Shown here: positions 33,332 to 43,650 of the stretch, one piece after another
How the letters are laid out: each line of letters starts with the position of its first letter
Numbering within the stretch: position 1 is the first letter of the stretch
DNA from: Sphingomonadales bacterium
GTDB lineage: Bacteria; Bacteroidota; Bacteroidia; UBA7662
Direction of reading: 5' to 3'
Length of the DNA stretch: 64,000 bases
NCBI GenBank assembly: GCA_016872215.1
Contig: VHAX01000010.1
Coordinates: 2,158-66,157, forward strand
The notes under the pieces: generated by a model
What the model saw: the letters and a program-made list of their open reading frames with translations, nothing else
Told to the model about the DNA's origin: nothing
The model's database searches: none
Made by a program: the position numbers and the translations under genes

Positions 33332-33658
33332 ATGTCACAACCTGTTAAATCATTTGTAGAACTGCAACAGGATGTAATTGCTGTTCTCAAAACCATATAT
33401 GATCCCGAGATTCCGGTCGACATTTACGAGTTGGGCCTGATCTACGAAGTAAAAGTGGGTAATGAGGGTAAAGTCGATGTATTGATGACCCTAACATCCC
33501 CTGCTTGTCCGGTCGCTGGCACCCTACCAGGTGAGGTCGAATCAAAAATTCGAGGAATCGCCGGCGTGACCGAGGCCAAAGTAACCCTCACCTTCGACCC
33601 TGCCTGGTCACAGGAACTGATGAGTGAAGAGGCCCGGTTAGATCTGGGATTTCTATAG
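33332..33658 (+). CDS. sufT: SUF system Fe-S assembly protein, DUF59/MIP18 family (SufT-like)
   Basis: TIYDPEIPVDIYELGLIY...TLTSPACP is the DUF59 signature. The start is set at MSQPVK, directly after the sufE stop. Confidence 0.75.
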   Translation: MSQPVKSFVELQQDVIAVLKTIYDPEIPVDIYELGLIYEVKVGNEGKVDVLMTLTSPACPVAGTLPGEVESKIRGIAGVTEAKVTLTFDPAWSQELMSEEARLDLGFL

Positions 33659-33692
33659 TCATTACTCTGTATTTTCACCCTAAATCTAAATA

Positions 33693-34721
33693 ATGAAAAG
33701 AAGCAAGATTTTGGGCGTCGGGCATTTCGTGCCTGATCATGTGGTGACCAACCACGATTTGAGCCAGTTGATGGAAACTTCACACGAATGGGTTGTGGAG
33801 CGTACGGGTATTGAGGAGCGGAGGCATATTGTGCCGGGAGGTGGTGATACTACGGCCACCATGGGATATAAAGCCTCCCTGATGGCGCTCAAAAACGCAG
33901 GAATTCGAGCAGAAAACATCGATTTCATCATATTCGCTACGTTGAGTCCCGACTACTACTTCCCCGGTTCGGGCGTTCAACTGCAGGAAATGTTATCGCC
34001 CGATCACACCATCGGCGCGCTCGATATCCGTAATCAGTGCTCTGGCTTTGTGTATGCCCTTTCCGTGGCAGACCAGTTCATTCGCACGGGGATGTACCGG
34101 CGCATCCTTGTGGTGGGCTCAGAGGTGCACAGCGCGGGACTCGATATGACCACGCGCGGACGCAATGTGAGCGTCATTTTCGGAGATGGCGCCGGAGCGG
34201 TGGTGGTAGGAGTCGCCGAAGAGAATGGCGATGCGTCCACCGATGGAAATGGAATCTTGTCGACCCACCTCCACAGCGAAGGACGCCACGCCCGCGAACT
34301 TGCTGTGATTAGTCCCAGCACCCAACACTGGATATCCCACATCCTCAATGAAAACAACCCCGATGATGAGTCATATTACCCCTATATGAACGGAAATTTC
34401 GTTTTTAAACATGCCATAACCCGTTTTTCGGAGGTCATTAAGGAGGCACTTGAAGCGAATGGAATACAGGCAGGCGACCTCAAACTGATGATCCCCCATC
34501 AGGCCAACCTCCGCATCAGCCAGTATATTCAGCAAAAAATAGGGCTGCGTGACGATCAGGTCTACAACAACATCATGCGGTATGGAAACACAACAGCAGC
34601 GTCTATACCCATCGCGCTCAGCGAGGCAGTGGCCGAAGGCAGGCTGCAACGGGGCGACCTGCTGATGCTGGCCGCCTTTGGCAGCGGGTTCACATGGGCC
34701 TCGGCCCTCATTCGCTGGTAG
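33693..34721 (+). CDS. fabH: 3-oxoacyl-ACP synthase III (KAS III, FabH-like)
   Basis: Active-site Cys context (NQCSGFVYAL), plus His and Asn regions (MIPHQANLRI, GNTTAASIP) and the C-terminal FGSGFTW motif. Confidence 0.8.
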   Translation: MKRSKILGVGHFVPDHVVTNHDLSQLMETSHEWVVERTGIEERRHIVPGGGDTTATMGYKASLMALKNAGIRAENIDFIIFATLSPDYYFPGSGVQLQEMLSPDHTIGALDIRNQCSGFVYALSVADQFIRTGMYRRILVVGSEVHSAGLDMTTRGRNVSVIFGDGAGAVVVGVAEENGDASTDGNGILSTHLHSEGRHARELAVISPSTQHWISHILNENNPDDESYYPYMNGNFVFKHAITRFSEVIKEALEANGIQAGDLKLMIPHQANLRISQYIQQKIGLRDDQVYNNIMRYGNTTAASIPIALSEAVAEGRLQRGDLLMLAAFGSGFTWASALIRW

Positions 34722-34779
34722 GAAATTAATTTATAGCCACAGGCGAACAATTGCTCCTTTATGGGGTTTATTCCGTATC

Positions 34780-35187
34780 ATGAAAATCACCGTAACCCGA
34801 AAATCACACTTCAACGCTGCCCACCGCCTCTACAGGCCGGATTGGGACGAGCATCGCAATAAGGAAGTGTATGGAAAGTGTTCAAACGCAAACTACCATG
34901 GGCACAACTACAATTTACTCGTGCATGTGAGCGGTGAGGTCGAAACGGAGACGGGCTATGTGGTGGATTTGAAGTGGCTAGCCGACCTGATCGACCGCTG
35001 TGTAGTTGAACGATTCGACCACCAAAATCTGAACATGGACACCGTTGAATTTCGCACGCTCGTGCCCACGGCCGAAAACATCGCCAGGGTAATCTGGAAC
35101 ATATTGCGTCTGGAAATTGACCCCGCACACGACTTAAAAGTAACCCTATATGAAACCGAACGAAATTATGTTGAATGCGAAGGATGA
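34780..35187 (+). CDS. 6-pyruvoyl-tetrahydropterin synthase family (PTPS/QueD) with Cx5HGH motif
   Basis: HFNAAHRL zinc-binding His, CSNANYHGH (Cys-x5-HGH, the spacing reported for bona fide PTPS rather than the QueD Cx3HGH), and a catalytic Glu/His region. The start is at MKITVTRK. Confidence 0.8.
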   Translation: MKITVTRKSHFNAAHRLYRPDWDEHRNKEVYGKCSNANYHGHNYNLLVHVSGEVETETGYVVDLKWLADLIDRCVVERFDHQNLNMDTVEFRTLVPTAENIARVIWNILRLEIDPAHDLKVTLYETERNYVECEG

Positions 35188-35845
35188 ACAACGCCTGATG
35201 GAAGAGTTGGGCGACCACCACTTACCCGGGGCCATGGAAACACCGCTCAGGCAGGATGCATTTGAACGCGACAACGAACTCAAGATAGAGTTGATCGAAA
35301 AGCACTTCCGCGAAATCATGTATGTTCTAGGTCTTGACCTGAGCGATGATAGTCTACGGGGCACACCCTATCGAGTCGCTAAAATGTATGTGGAGGAAAT
35401 TTTTAGTGGACTGAACCCCGACAACAAACCGAAGGTGGTTCTATTCGACAATAAATATCAGTACCGCCAAATGCTTGTAGAAAAAGATATTGCCGTTTTT
35501 TCCAACTGCGAGCATCATTTTGTGCCTATTGTTGGAAAAGCACACGTGGCCTACATCAGCAATGGACAGGTCATCGGCTTAAGCAAAATCAACCGAATCG
35601 TCGATTATTTCGCCCGCCGTCCACAGGTGCAGGAGCGGCTGACCCGCCAAATCGCCAACGAACTACGCAGTGTTTTGGGAACGGAAGATGTGGCGGTTGT
35701 TGTGGATGCAAAACATATGTGTGTAAGCATGCGCGGGGTACAAGACAGGCAAAGTCGGGCAATCACGTCCGATTACAGTGGACGTTTTCTCGACGAGGCA
35801 ACCCGCTCGGAATTTCTTCGCTATCTGGAAATGCCCTCACATTGA
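35150..35845 (+). CDS. folE: GTP cyclohydrolase I
   Basis: [20 protein letters not shown]...QVQERLT is the FolE signature. The start is 35150 or 35168. It overlaps the PTPS 3-prime end. Confidence 0.9.
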   Translation: MKPNEIMLNAKDEQRLMEELGDHHLPGAMETPLRQDAFERDNELKIELIEKHFREIMYVLGLDLSDDSLRGTPYRVAKMYVEEIFSGLNPDNKPKVVLFDNKYQYRQMLVEKDIAVFSNCEHHFVPIVGKAHVAYISNGQVIGLSKINRIVDYFARRPQVQERLTRQIANELRSVLGTEDVAVVVDAKHMCVSMRGVQDRQSRAITSDYSGRFLDEATRSEFLRYLEMPSH

Positions 35846-36558
35846 TGGCTCGTTTAGAACAGCGCAACATTCTGATTGTGGGTGCCCGCACGGGCATTGG
35901 TGCCGAAATTGTTCGCTTGGCCCAAGCAGAGGGCGCCCGAATTTGGGCGCTCGGGCGGAAGAAACCCCAAGCAAACGGAATCAGCTGGTCGATCTGGGAT
36001 GCGTTGGGGGATGATGAGGTTCCAGTAGGACACCTGCCGGAAGAACTCCATGGCCTGGTGTATTGCCCGGGCAGCATTACCCTAAAGCCCTTCAACCGCT
36101 TAACCGACTCAGATTATCTGCAGGAATGGAAATTAAATTTCCTGGGTGCAACCCGTGTGACACGGGCCGTTTATGGTCGGCTCAAAAATACGGGCGACTC
36201 TTCCGTGGTATACGTGAGCACGGTAGCTGCGCAAACGGGAATTCCCTTTCACAGCTCGATAGCCTCTGCCAAAGCAGCACTGGAGGGTCTGACGCGCTCG
36301 CTTGCAGCAGAATCGGCCGTATCGGGTATCCGAGTCAATGCCCTGGCACCTTCCCTGACCGACACCCCACTGGCCGCAGCACTGCTCAACAGCGATGAAA
36401 AGAGGATTGCGAGTGGTAAACGACATCCGCTGGGTCGCGTGGGAACACCCCAAGATATGGCCTCAGCGGCGATATTTTTGTTATCGCCCGAATCGGGCTG
36501 GGTTACCGGACAAATATTAGGGGTTGACGGGGGACTGGGCAGCATCAGAGGCATTTGA
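35845..36558 (+). CDS. SDR family oxidoreductase (candidate sepiapterin/pteridine reductase)
   Basis: Rossmann motif VGARTGIGAE and an NAL/YxxxK-type catalytic region. Its start overlaps the folE stop (TGATG). The pteridine substrate is inferred from context only. Confidence 0.7.
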   Translation: MARLEQRNILIVGARTGIGAEIVRLAQAEGARIWALGRKKPQANGISWSIWDALGDDEVPVGHLPEELHGLVYCPGSITLKPFNRLTDSDYLQEWKLNFLGATRVTRAVYGRLKNTGDSSVVYVSTVAAQTGIPFHSSIASAKAALEGLTRSLAAESAVSGIRVNALAPSLTDTPLAAALLNSDEKRIASGKRHPLGRVGTPQDMASAAIFLLSPESGWVTGQILGVDGGLGSIRGI

Positions 36559-36596
36559 AACCCCATCAAACCCTAAATCCCACTCCCATCATCGGT

Positions 36597-37910
36597 ATGT
36601 CTACACCCCCTATCAGCATTTGCTGGCTGCGGCGTGACCTGCGTCTGACCAACAATCCTGCACTCTGGAATGCGCTACACTCAGGGCAACCAGTGATGGT
36701 CCTGTTTATCTTCGACAGCCACATACTGAGTCGACTCGAAAACCGTGACGATGCGCGCGTTCATTTCCTCCACAATACCTTGTCGGCCTTAAACGAAGAG
36801 CTGGCACAAGCAGGCGGTGGTGTGACCATAATCTACGGAAAACCAGAGGAGATTTGGGAGAAACTGATCCAAAAACACACAATAACCGGGGTTTATGTGA
36901 ACCGCGACTACGAGCCCTATGCCAGGCAGCGCGACGCCCAAATTGCAGGTTTACTCAACCGCAACGGTATTGTGTGGCATGACTTCAAAGACCATGTACT
37001 GCGTGAACCGCATGAGGTATTGAAGGACGACGGTAAGCCCTACACGGTCTTTACACCCTATAGCAGAAAATGGCTCAATACCCTTCAGGAATCCCACTTT
37101 CGGGAGTGGAACACTACGGATCTAATAAAAAGCAGCCGAATGGTTGTGGACCGAACCACCCCATTACCTGGCCTCGCGGAAATGGGTTTCGCACCATCCA
37201 CGATCAGCACACCCCCTCCCTACACACAGGATGACCTCATAGCACATTACGACAACCGAAGGAACTTTCCGCACATCGATGGCACCTCGAGACTCGGACT
37301 GCATCTGCGCTTTGGCACCATTAGCATTCGTTCGTTGGCCCAGCGTGCACGCCGCCTGAACGCCAAATTCCTTAACGAATTGATCTGGCGCGATTTCTAT
37401 CAGATGATTCTGGCCCAATTTCCTAAAGTGGCTGAAAGCGCATTCAAACCAGCTTATGACAAAATCGCCTGGAGGGATGCCCCGGCCGACTTCGAACGCT
37501 GGTGTGCCGGCACAACCGGTTATCCACTTGTGGATGCCGGAATGCGTCAACTGCTCGAGACTGGTTTCATGCACAATCGGGTGCGGATGGTGACAGCTAG
37601 TTTCCTGACCAAACATTTGCTGATCGATTGGCGCCTCGGAGAGGCCTGGTTTGCCCGCTATTTACTGGATTTCGACCTGGCGTCGAACAATGGCGGTTGG
37701 CAATGGGCAGCAGGCAGCGGCTGCGACGCGGTTCCCTACTTCCGGGTGTTTAACCCCTCCGAGCAGAGCCGAATATTCGATCCCAATGGCCTCTATATCC
37801 GAAAATGGGTACCAGAGTGGGGTACATCACACTACCCTGCCCCCATGGTGGAACATTCCTTTGCCCGTAATCGGGCACTCGACACCTACAGCTCGGCCCT
37901 CAGGTCATAA
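36597..37910 (+). CDS. phr: Deoxyribodipyrimidine photolyase / cryptochrome family
   Basis: N-terminal photolyase alpha/beta domain (ICWLRRDLRLTNNPAL) and a C-terminal FAD-binding domain (GYPLVDAGMRQL...WQWAAGSG). The start is set at MSTPP. The ORF-track start is a TTG overlapping the SDR stop. Confidence 0.85.
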   Translation: MSTPPISICWLRRDLRLTNNPALWNALHSGQPVMVLFIFDSHILSRLENRDDARVHFLHNTLSALNEELAQAGGGVTIIYGKPEEIWEKLIQKHTITGVYVNRDYEPYARQRDAQIAGLLNRNGIVWHDFKDHVLREPHEVLKDDGKPYTVFTPYSRKWLNTLQESHFREWNTTDLIKSSRMVVDRTTPLPGLAEMGFAPSTISTPPPYTQDDLIAHYDNRRNFPHIDGTSRLGLHLRFGTISIRSLAQRARRLNAKFLNELIWRDFYQMILAQFPKVAESAFKPAYDKIAWRDAPADFERWCAGTTGYPLVDAGMRQLLETGFMHNRVRMVTASFLTKHLLIDWRLGEAWFARYLLDFDLASNNGGWQWAAGSGCDAVPYFRVFNPSEQSRIFDPNGLYIRKWVPEWGTSHYPAPMVEHSFARNRALDTYSSALRS

Positions 37911-38316
37911 ACAGCCGACCCTAGCTCTGTGATCCCCATGAGAACCGTTTTGCTCGTTAAAATTATGGCATGGGTATGCGAATACCATCGCGCGTTTGTG
38001 AATACAATCATCGGAATCAAAGCCGTCTTTTTGCTGGAAACCCAGAATGAAAATAGACGGAATAACCTGGTCCTGTTCACTTCCTCTGTGCACCCAGGGG
38101 CAACCCCACACTCCTCTTAATAATGCTGAGACCACCTGAAGCCCAACATGACACACAAAGGATTATTCAACTGAACGCGCGCACTTCACCCTGATTGTTG
38201 TGACCACAGATGAGATGGAAGCCGCCCACCAATGCAGTGCCCGCTACCCGGCGGATAAGTGCTGGGTACTTGGATTTAATGCTTACACACCATAATATCG
38301 GTTAAAAACCAGCCCT

Positions 38317-39336
38317 TTGCCAGAATTTTTTCATTCGCCCCAGATGAACCCCTACGCCACCCACCGACTGCTGATGGTTCGCCCGGCTCAATTCGGTTAC
38401 AACGAACAAACTAGTTCGACCAATGCCTACCAGAGCAATGCGTTTGGCGAAATAATCGACCCAAACGAAGATCTGGCGCATAATAACCCTACAAAAACCA
38501 GATACAGTTCATCGGAATGCGAGCATTCGGTGGCCCGGCAGGCCTTGGCCGAATTCGACGAGAGTGTATCGCGACTTCGCACCGCAGGGGTGCACGTCAC
38601 CCTTTGGAATGACAATACGCAGCCTCCAAAGCCCGATGCCATCTTCCTCAACAACTGGTTCAGTACTCATCCAGGCGGGGAGTTCCTGTTATATCCCATG
38701 ATGGCTGAAAACCGCCGTGCCGAAATCGACCCACACCATGTGGCCGCGTTGAAGGATATGGGACTCGAAGCAGGGCCGGATCTGAGTGGACTGGCTTCCA
38801 TCAACCAGTTCCTCGAAGGTACGGGCAGTCTGGTTTTCGACCATAGGCACCGGGTGATTTTTGCCACGGAATCGCCGCGTACCCACCGGAAACCAGCCGA
38901 AACCGTGGCACAACACCTAGGATATCGTTTGCACTTTTTAGTTGCAAAAGATAAACATGGATCGGCTCCCTACCACACCAATGTCGTACTCTCGGTTGGC
39001 CCTTCCCTCGCCGTGGCTTGCCTGCATGCCATAGAAAAGCACGATTCTTCATTTCCTTTACGTGAACATTTGATCCGTGACTGCCGGATGCTCATCGAAA
39101 TCAGCCCAAAACAGATGAACTTTTACTGTGCCAATGTTCTTGAAGTACAGAACAAGGACGGGGAGCCGCTGCTCATCGTTTCCCGCACAGCATGGAGTGC
39201 CTTTACTGATCAACAGCGCATACAAATCAGTCAGCTCGTTAGACCTGTTGTGCTCGACATCCCCCTGATCGAACGTGTGGGAGGAGGATCAGCCCGATGC
39301 ATGGTTGCTGAGCTGTTTGGTGTCGATGCGGATTAA
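38317..39336 (+). CDS. Amidinotransferase/pentein-superfamily hydrolase (DDAH / citrulline-utilization CtlX-like)
   Basis: About 340 aa ending in GGGSARCMVAEL, the C-terminal nucleophilic Cys motif typical of the arginine deiminase/DDAH fold. The start may be MNPYAT at 38344. Confidence 0.55.
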   Translation: MPEFFHSPQMNPYATHRLLMVRPAQFGYNEQTSSTNAYQSNAFGEIIDPNEDLAHNNPTKTRYSSSECEHSVARQALAEFDESVSRLRTAGVHVTLWNDNTQPPKPDAIFLNNWFSTHPGGEFLLYPMMAENRRAEIDPHHVAALKDMGLEAGPDLSGLASINQFLEGTGSLVFDHRHRVIFATESPRTHRKPAETVAQHLGYRLHFLVAKDKHGSAPYHTNVVLSVGPSLAVACLHAIEKHDSSFPLREHLIRDCRMLIEISPKQMNFYCANVLEVQNKDGEPLLIVSRTAWSAFTDQQRIQISQLVRPVVLDIPLIERVGGGSARCMVAELFGVDAD

Positions 39337-39590
39337 TCGGTACATAGAATCCCGCTGCTTATGTCACGCCCCGACACAACCTTTTATTTGTTTAAGTGCG
39401 ATTCGCGTTCCAGTTTGGTCGACACATAGAATCCCGCTGCTTATGTCACGCCCCGACACAACCTTTTATTTGTTTAAGTGCGATTCGCGTCCCAGTTTGG
39501 TCAACACATAGAATACCGCTGCTTATATCACACCCCGCCACCACTGTTGTTTGGTATAAGCGCGACTTTCAGCTCAACGATCACGCACCT
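39337..39590. repeat. Tandem direct repeat, about 82-bp unit, about 2.7 copies (third copy diverged)
   Basis: Units start at about 39342, 39424 and 39504 (ACATAGAATCCCGCTGCTTATGTCACGCCCCGACACAACCTTTTATTTGTTTAAGTGCGATTCGCGTYCCAGTTTGGTC). Copies 1 and 2 differ at only a few positions. There are no spacers. Confidence 0.85.
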
Positions 39591-40789
39591 CTGGCCGATG
39601 CACTCCAAAAACACTAGTGGGTCTTGCTGTGTACATCCATGAACCTTCCCAATAGGCTGATTAACGCTATACTGAACGAAGCTCTCGCTTTGTTTTCACA
39701 TCAATCGCCGACATCCGTAAACGCCTGCCAGCAGGTTGTGTTTTTCTGGCCATCGAAGAAGAAGTCGTTTACCTGCTTGAAGAATTAAATCGTCTTCTTT
39801 CCTTTTCCTATGTATACAGCCATGAGTAAACGGAACTGTCTATTACATGCCGCAGAAATCGTTTCGTTGCCTCATGGTGCAAGGATATTGGGATTCTTTG
39901 TAAGGAACATCCTTCCAACGGGGTAAAAATACCCTGCAAAAGTCTAAAGGGATGGAATACGAGTTGGTATTCGCGTATGAACCAGCAATTATCGCAACCT
40001 GATTGGTCACAGTATCGTCCGTTTTCCAATTCGCCGGCGTTATGGAAGTGGTGTCGATCTCGTGTATGGCGTCCGGAATTCTTAAAAACAAAAAAGCAGG
40101 CCGGCATGCAACCAGAAGGTAAGTCGACCAGACTTCTGTACCTACGTGATTTTCTGCAGCCAAGACATATCGATTATAGCCGGATGATCTGCAAGGCGCA
40201 TTCTCATATAGGTTGGGTATCGATTATCTCCATCCTGTGGTGGATCCTGATGCCGCAGCCGCACACGCAAGGAAGCAACCCTGGTCTATGATAGGCAGCG
40301 CCGAATGCTGTCCCCATACCATTATTATCATATGCAAAAAAGGTAAAAAACACGATCAGCCAAACCACTCTACCTGAAATGAAGGCCAGCAAAATCAAGG
40401 TCAACCTGGAGGTCTGGTCTACCGCAAACCCTGTCTCCTGGACAAAGCATGATTCATCTACTGTTGGCTTTTTTCATGGCGCAGGAAGTGACTCCGATGC
40501 CGGAATGAGGTGACCTGCTCCAGCGATGCTTGCCGCAATCAAGCCCGACAGTAGTTTATTGAAGCAGAACCTGTATTGGTTCGATCAACCCCATCATTCA
40601 GCCCAAAGAACTGCAGTGCGCTGCGCTAACGTAACCTCGGAAAGATAAGGTGGAAAAAGGTACACCAGGGGGGGCCGGTCTCGGTAAAAGAGGCAAAGGT
40701 CACATTGGGAGTACAAAATTATGGCGAAAGTCACATCAAAGACTCAGTAGAAGATGTAAAAGACATAATAAACAATAATTGCAAGCGAT

Positions 40790-42010
40790 TTATCTGGCAA
40801 CATCGCTGCGTCGCGGCTTTTCTGGAGCGCTGTTACGCCAGAGCCACGGCCCAATCGCCGTTAAACCCCATAGTCTCATCATGTGACTATAGATCGAGGT
40901 ATTGTCCTGTATGCCGGTGAAAGCATAGGCACCAGGTCCATAGGCAAATACCGGAACCATTACCCCGGTGTGCATTTTGGAGGTGAATGCCCCCTCAACA
41001 CGTCCAGTTCCCCGATCACCCCCATTGACAGCGAATCCCCCCGTTTCGTGGTCGGCCGTCACAACCACCAACGTATTACCGTCGCGCACAGCAAAATCCA
41101 GCGCCACGCCTATTGCCTTATCGAAATCAACCACTTCCTGTATGATGTAATCTGCATCATTCGCATGCCCACCCCAATCGATTTGAGAACCCTCCACCAT
41201 CAAAAAAAATCCACGGGATGTATCATACAGGTGATCGATCGCCAGGCCGGTGGCAAAGGGCAGGAAATCGCCCCGCCCCTCACTCATTTTAGGTGCCTCC
41301 TTATCCCAAAGCAAGGCAGCCAATCGGTTCCCTTTGGGAATTTGAATCAATGCAGCCGAATCAAAGGCCATATGAAATCCACGCTCGCGCATATTGGCCG
41401 TGAGTGCACGTCCATCATTCCGCTGATCGAAATACTTCTTCCCCGCTCCTATTAGTAGGTCGACCTTGCTTTCCATGATTTGTCGCGCGATTTCTTCGTG
41501 CATCTCACGGTCGGGAACATGCGCAAGAAACGAGGCAGGCGTGGCATGCGTTACCGATGAGGTGGCCACAACGCCAGTGCGCCGACCCGTGCGTGCGACT
41601 GTTTCCAATATGGTCTCACAGGCCATTGTATCAGAATCTACACCGATAGCTCCGTTGAATGTCTTTTTGCCAATGCTGAATGCCGTTGCCCCCGCACCGG
41701 AATCAGTGATCAAATCATCAAAGGAATGAGTCTTACTAAAGCCCAGGTACCGGAACCGTTCCAGATTCAGTTCCTGACGACTCGCGACCATCCCCGCAAA
41801 AATTTGAGTGGTACCCATCCCATCGCCAATCAATAATATGATGTTCCGTGGCTGGGCTTGAGCAACTGATTCGACCATCAGACGTGCTCTTTGTAGAGGC
41901 GATGACTTTTTTTGACGAGACGTGGGTTGGGCGACGGCATTTCCATTCATCAAAAAAGGTCCCAAAAAAAGTAAGGCGAATAAGATTGCGGTACGCATTT
42001 GATTTTTCAT
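40790..42010 (-). CDS. phoA: Alkaline phosphatase (PhoA family), secreted
   Basis: Signal peptide followed by ILLIGDGMGTTQ...DSGAGATAF, the active-site Ser region of alkaline phosphatase. Confidence 0.85.
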   Translation of the reverse strand: MKNQMRTAILFALLFLGPFLMNGNAVAQPTSRQKKSSPLQRARLMVESVAQAQPRNIILLIGDGMGTTQIFAGMVASRQELNLERFRYLGFSKTHSFDDLITDSGAGATAFSIGKKTFNGAIGVDSDTMACETILETVARTGRRTGVVATSSVTHATPASFLAHVPDREMHEEIARQIMESKVDLLIGAGKKYFDQRNDGRALTANMRERGFHMAFDSAALIQIPKGNRLAALLWDKEAPKMSEGRGDFLPFATGLAIDHLYDTSRGFFLMVEGSQIDWGGHANDADYIIQEVVDFDKAIGVALDFAVRDGNTLVVVTADHETGGFAVNGGDRGTGRVEGAFTSKMHTGVMVPVFAYGPGAYAFTGIQDNTSIYSHMMRLWGLTAIGPWLWRNSAPEKPRRSDVAR

Positions 42011-42124
42011 AAGGCAAATCTAAGGGGTGCAAATGCTAGTCTGTTATGTATGCATAAAGATAATATTAGCGGATTGGGGCTGTATAATCTCGGCTCTACA
42101 TTCTTGGCGAGGTTTCCTCTAGAT

Positions 42125-42712
42125 TTAAAGACCTGCTTGTCTGAGAACCATGGCCTGAACGGCGGCCACCGTGATCGCGTCGGTAATCTCCCCCGACTTC
42201 ACCCTGTTCCGGACCTCCTTTAAAGGCAACTTCAGGTATTTGAGTTGCTCCGTTTCCTCCGGTTCGGGTAACCACTGATGGAGGATAGTCGCGAGGTATA
42301 CAACGCAGTACTCATCGGTGACGCTATTGGACAAGTACATTCTGAGCAGTACCTCCCAGTTATCGGCCTTCAAGCCCGTCTCTTCAAGCAATTCGCGTTG
42401 TGCCGACACCAGCGGGTCTACGTCGACGGGTCCGCCGCCTTCCGGTATCTCCCACGAATAGGCATCCAATGTGTATCGATACTGGCCCACCAAACTGATG
42501 CAACCATCGGCATCCAGTGCTACAATGCCAATAGCCATATTTTTGAAATGCACTTTTCCATAAATTCCTGGTTTGCCCGACGGATTCACGACTTGAAACT
42601 CTGTCAACCGAATCCATGGATTATCATAGACCTCTCTGGCGGATTGGGTCACCCAGGGATTATTCGATTCGATAGGAAGGGCTATTCGTTCTGCTTGTTG
42701 CATTTGGCTCAT
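42125..42712 (-). CDS. NUDIX hydrolase (ADP-ribose pyrophosphatase-like)
   Basis: Nudix box EIPEGGGPVDVDPLVSAQRELLEETGL. Confidence 0.8.
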   Translation of the reverse strand: MSQMQQAERIALPIESNNPWVTQSAREVYDNPWIRLTEFQVVNPSGKPGIYGKVHFKNMAIGIVALDADGCISLVGQYRYTLDAYSWEIPEGGGPVDVDPLVSAQRELLEETGLKADNWEVLLRMYLSNSVTDEYCVVYLATILHQWLPEPEETEQLKYLKLPLKEVRNRVKSGEITDAITVAAVQAMVLRQAGL

Positions 42713-42797
42713 TTTCCAAGCAAGATAATTTTTTTTTGAAGTCGATGAACTTTCCTTTTACTCATTCGTTTGGTAGGGGTAATAAAAATTATACCCT

Positions 42798-43448
42798 ATG
42801 AAAAACACCCTAATGATTGCAGTCGCGGTCGGCTTGTTATCCTTCTCCTGCGCCAACAGTGGTCAAGAAGCCGAAAATGTAGATGTATCCGCCGCTTCGG
42901 AAGTTGCCAGTACACAAGAGTTTTCCCTAACATCGGGCGAGTTGAAGTGGACTGGAAAAAAAGTGACCGGAGAGCATTTTGGTACTGTTGCTATCACAGA
43001 GGGTGCGTTGCAAGCTGATGCTGGTCAACTCAAAGGCGGAAACTTCACCATTGATATGAGCAGCATCAAAGTGGAAGATATTACGGATGCAGAAAAAAAT
43101 GGAAAATTGGTGGATCACCTGAAATCGCCCGATTTCTTCGCAGTAGATAGCCACAAAGTAGCCAATTTTGTGATTACCGCAGTTGAGACGATGTCAGCTT
43201 TCGACGCTGAGGGTAACACCCACACCATAGCCGGCAACCTGACCATCAAAGGCATTACCCGAGGCATCAAATTCCCGGCTATGGTTCGAATGGAGGCGGC
43301 TGCTATGAAGGCCAACGCTAAATTTGATATCGACCGCACGTTATGGAACATACGTTATGGCTCAGGCAAGTTCTTCAATGACCTTGGCGATAAGATGATC
43401 AACGACAACATCACGTTGAATATCAATCTGCAGGCCACTGAGAAGTAA
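42798..43448 (+). CDS. YceI family periplasmic polyisoprenoid-binding lipoprotein
   Basis: Lipoprotein signal (LLSFSCA) and YceI-like beta-barrel motifs (HLKSPDFFAV, TIAGNLTIKGITR). Confidence 0.78.
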   Translation: MKNTLMIAVAVGLLSFSCANSGQEAENVDVSAASEVASTQEFSLTSGELKWTGKKVTGEHFGTVAITEGALQADAGQLKGGNFTIDMSSIKVEDITDAEKNGKLVDHLKSPDFFAVDSHKVANFVITAVETMSAFDAEGNTHTIAGNLTIKGITRGIKFPAMVRMEAAAMKANAKFDIDRTLWNIRYGSGKFFNDLGDKMINDNITLNINLQATEK

Positions 43449-43528
43449 TTCTCTACTGAACTTAAAAATGTGATTTCCCACTTTTTAACAGAAAATCACA
43501 AAGTCCTTACATTACACATAAACATAAT

Positions 43529-43556
43529 GCCGGCCTTAGGACCGGCATTTTTTTTG
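43529..43556 (+). terminator. Rho-independent terminator after the yceI-like gene
   Basis: GCCGGCC-TTAG-GACCGGC hairpin followed by TTTTTTTT. Confidence 0.7.
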
Positions 43557-43566
43557 CATTCGTTTT

Positions 43567-43610
43567 TTTGTGATTCCCGCTTCATCAATTTGTGATTCCC
43601 GCTTCATCAA
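43567..43610. repeat. 22-bp direct repeat x2 (TTTGTGATTCCCGCTTCATCAA)
   Basis: Two perfect head-to-tail copies between the convergent yceI-like and ribE genes. Confidence 0.75.
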
Positions 43611-43650
43611 GAGAAACTCAAAGAAGACTGGCTATTAACCTGGCAGCTGT

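Noticed and set aside
39337-39590. Possible CRISPR array (regularly repeated ~82-bp units)
   Set aside because: Units are contiguous with no unique spacers, are far longer than CRISPR repeats, and have no cas genes nearby. I interpret this as a tandem duplication.
39600-40789. Small ORFs 39808..40107(-), 39843..40163(-), 39977..40291(+), 40204..40404(-), 40705..40920(+) as real genes
   Set aside because: Translations are Trp/Cys/Arg-rich with no recognizable motifs, signal peptides or domain-like periodicity. They mutually overlap. The region is better treated as non-coding or a pseudogene pending blastx.
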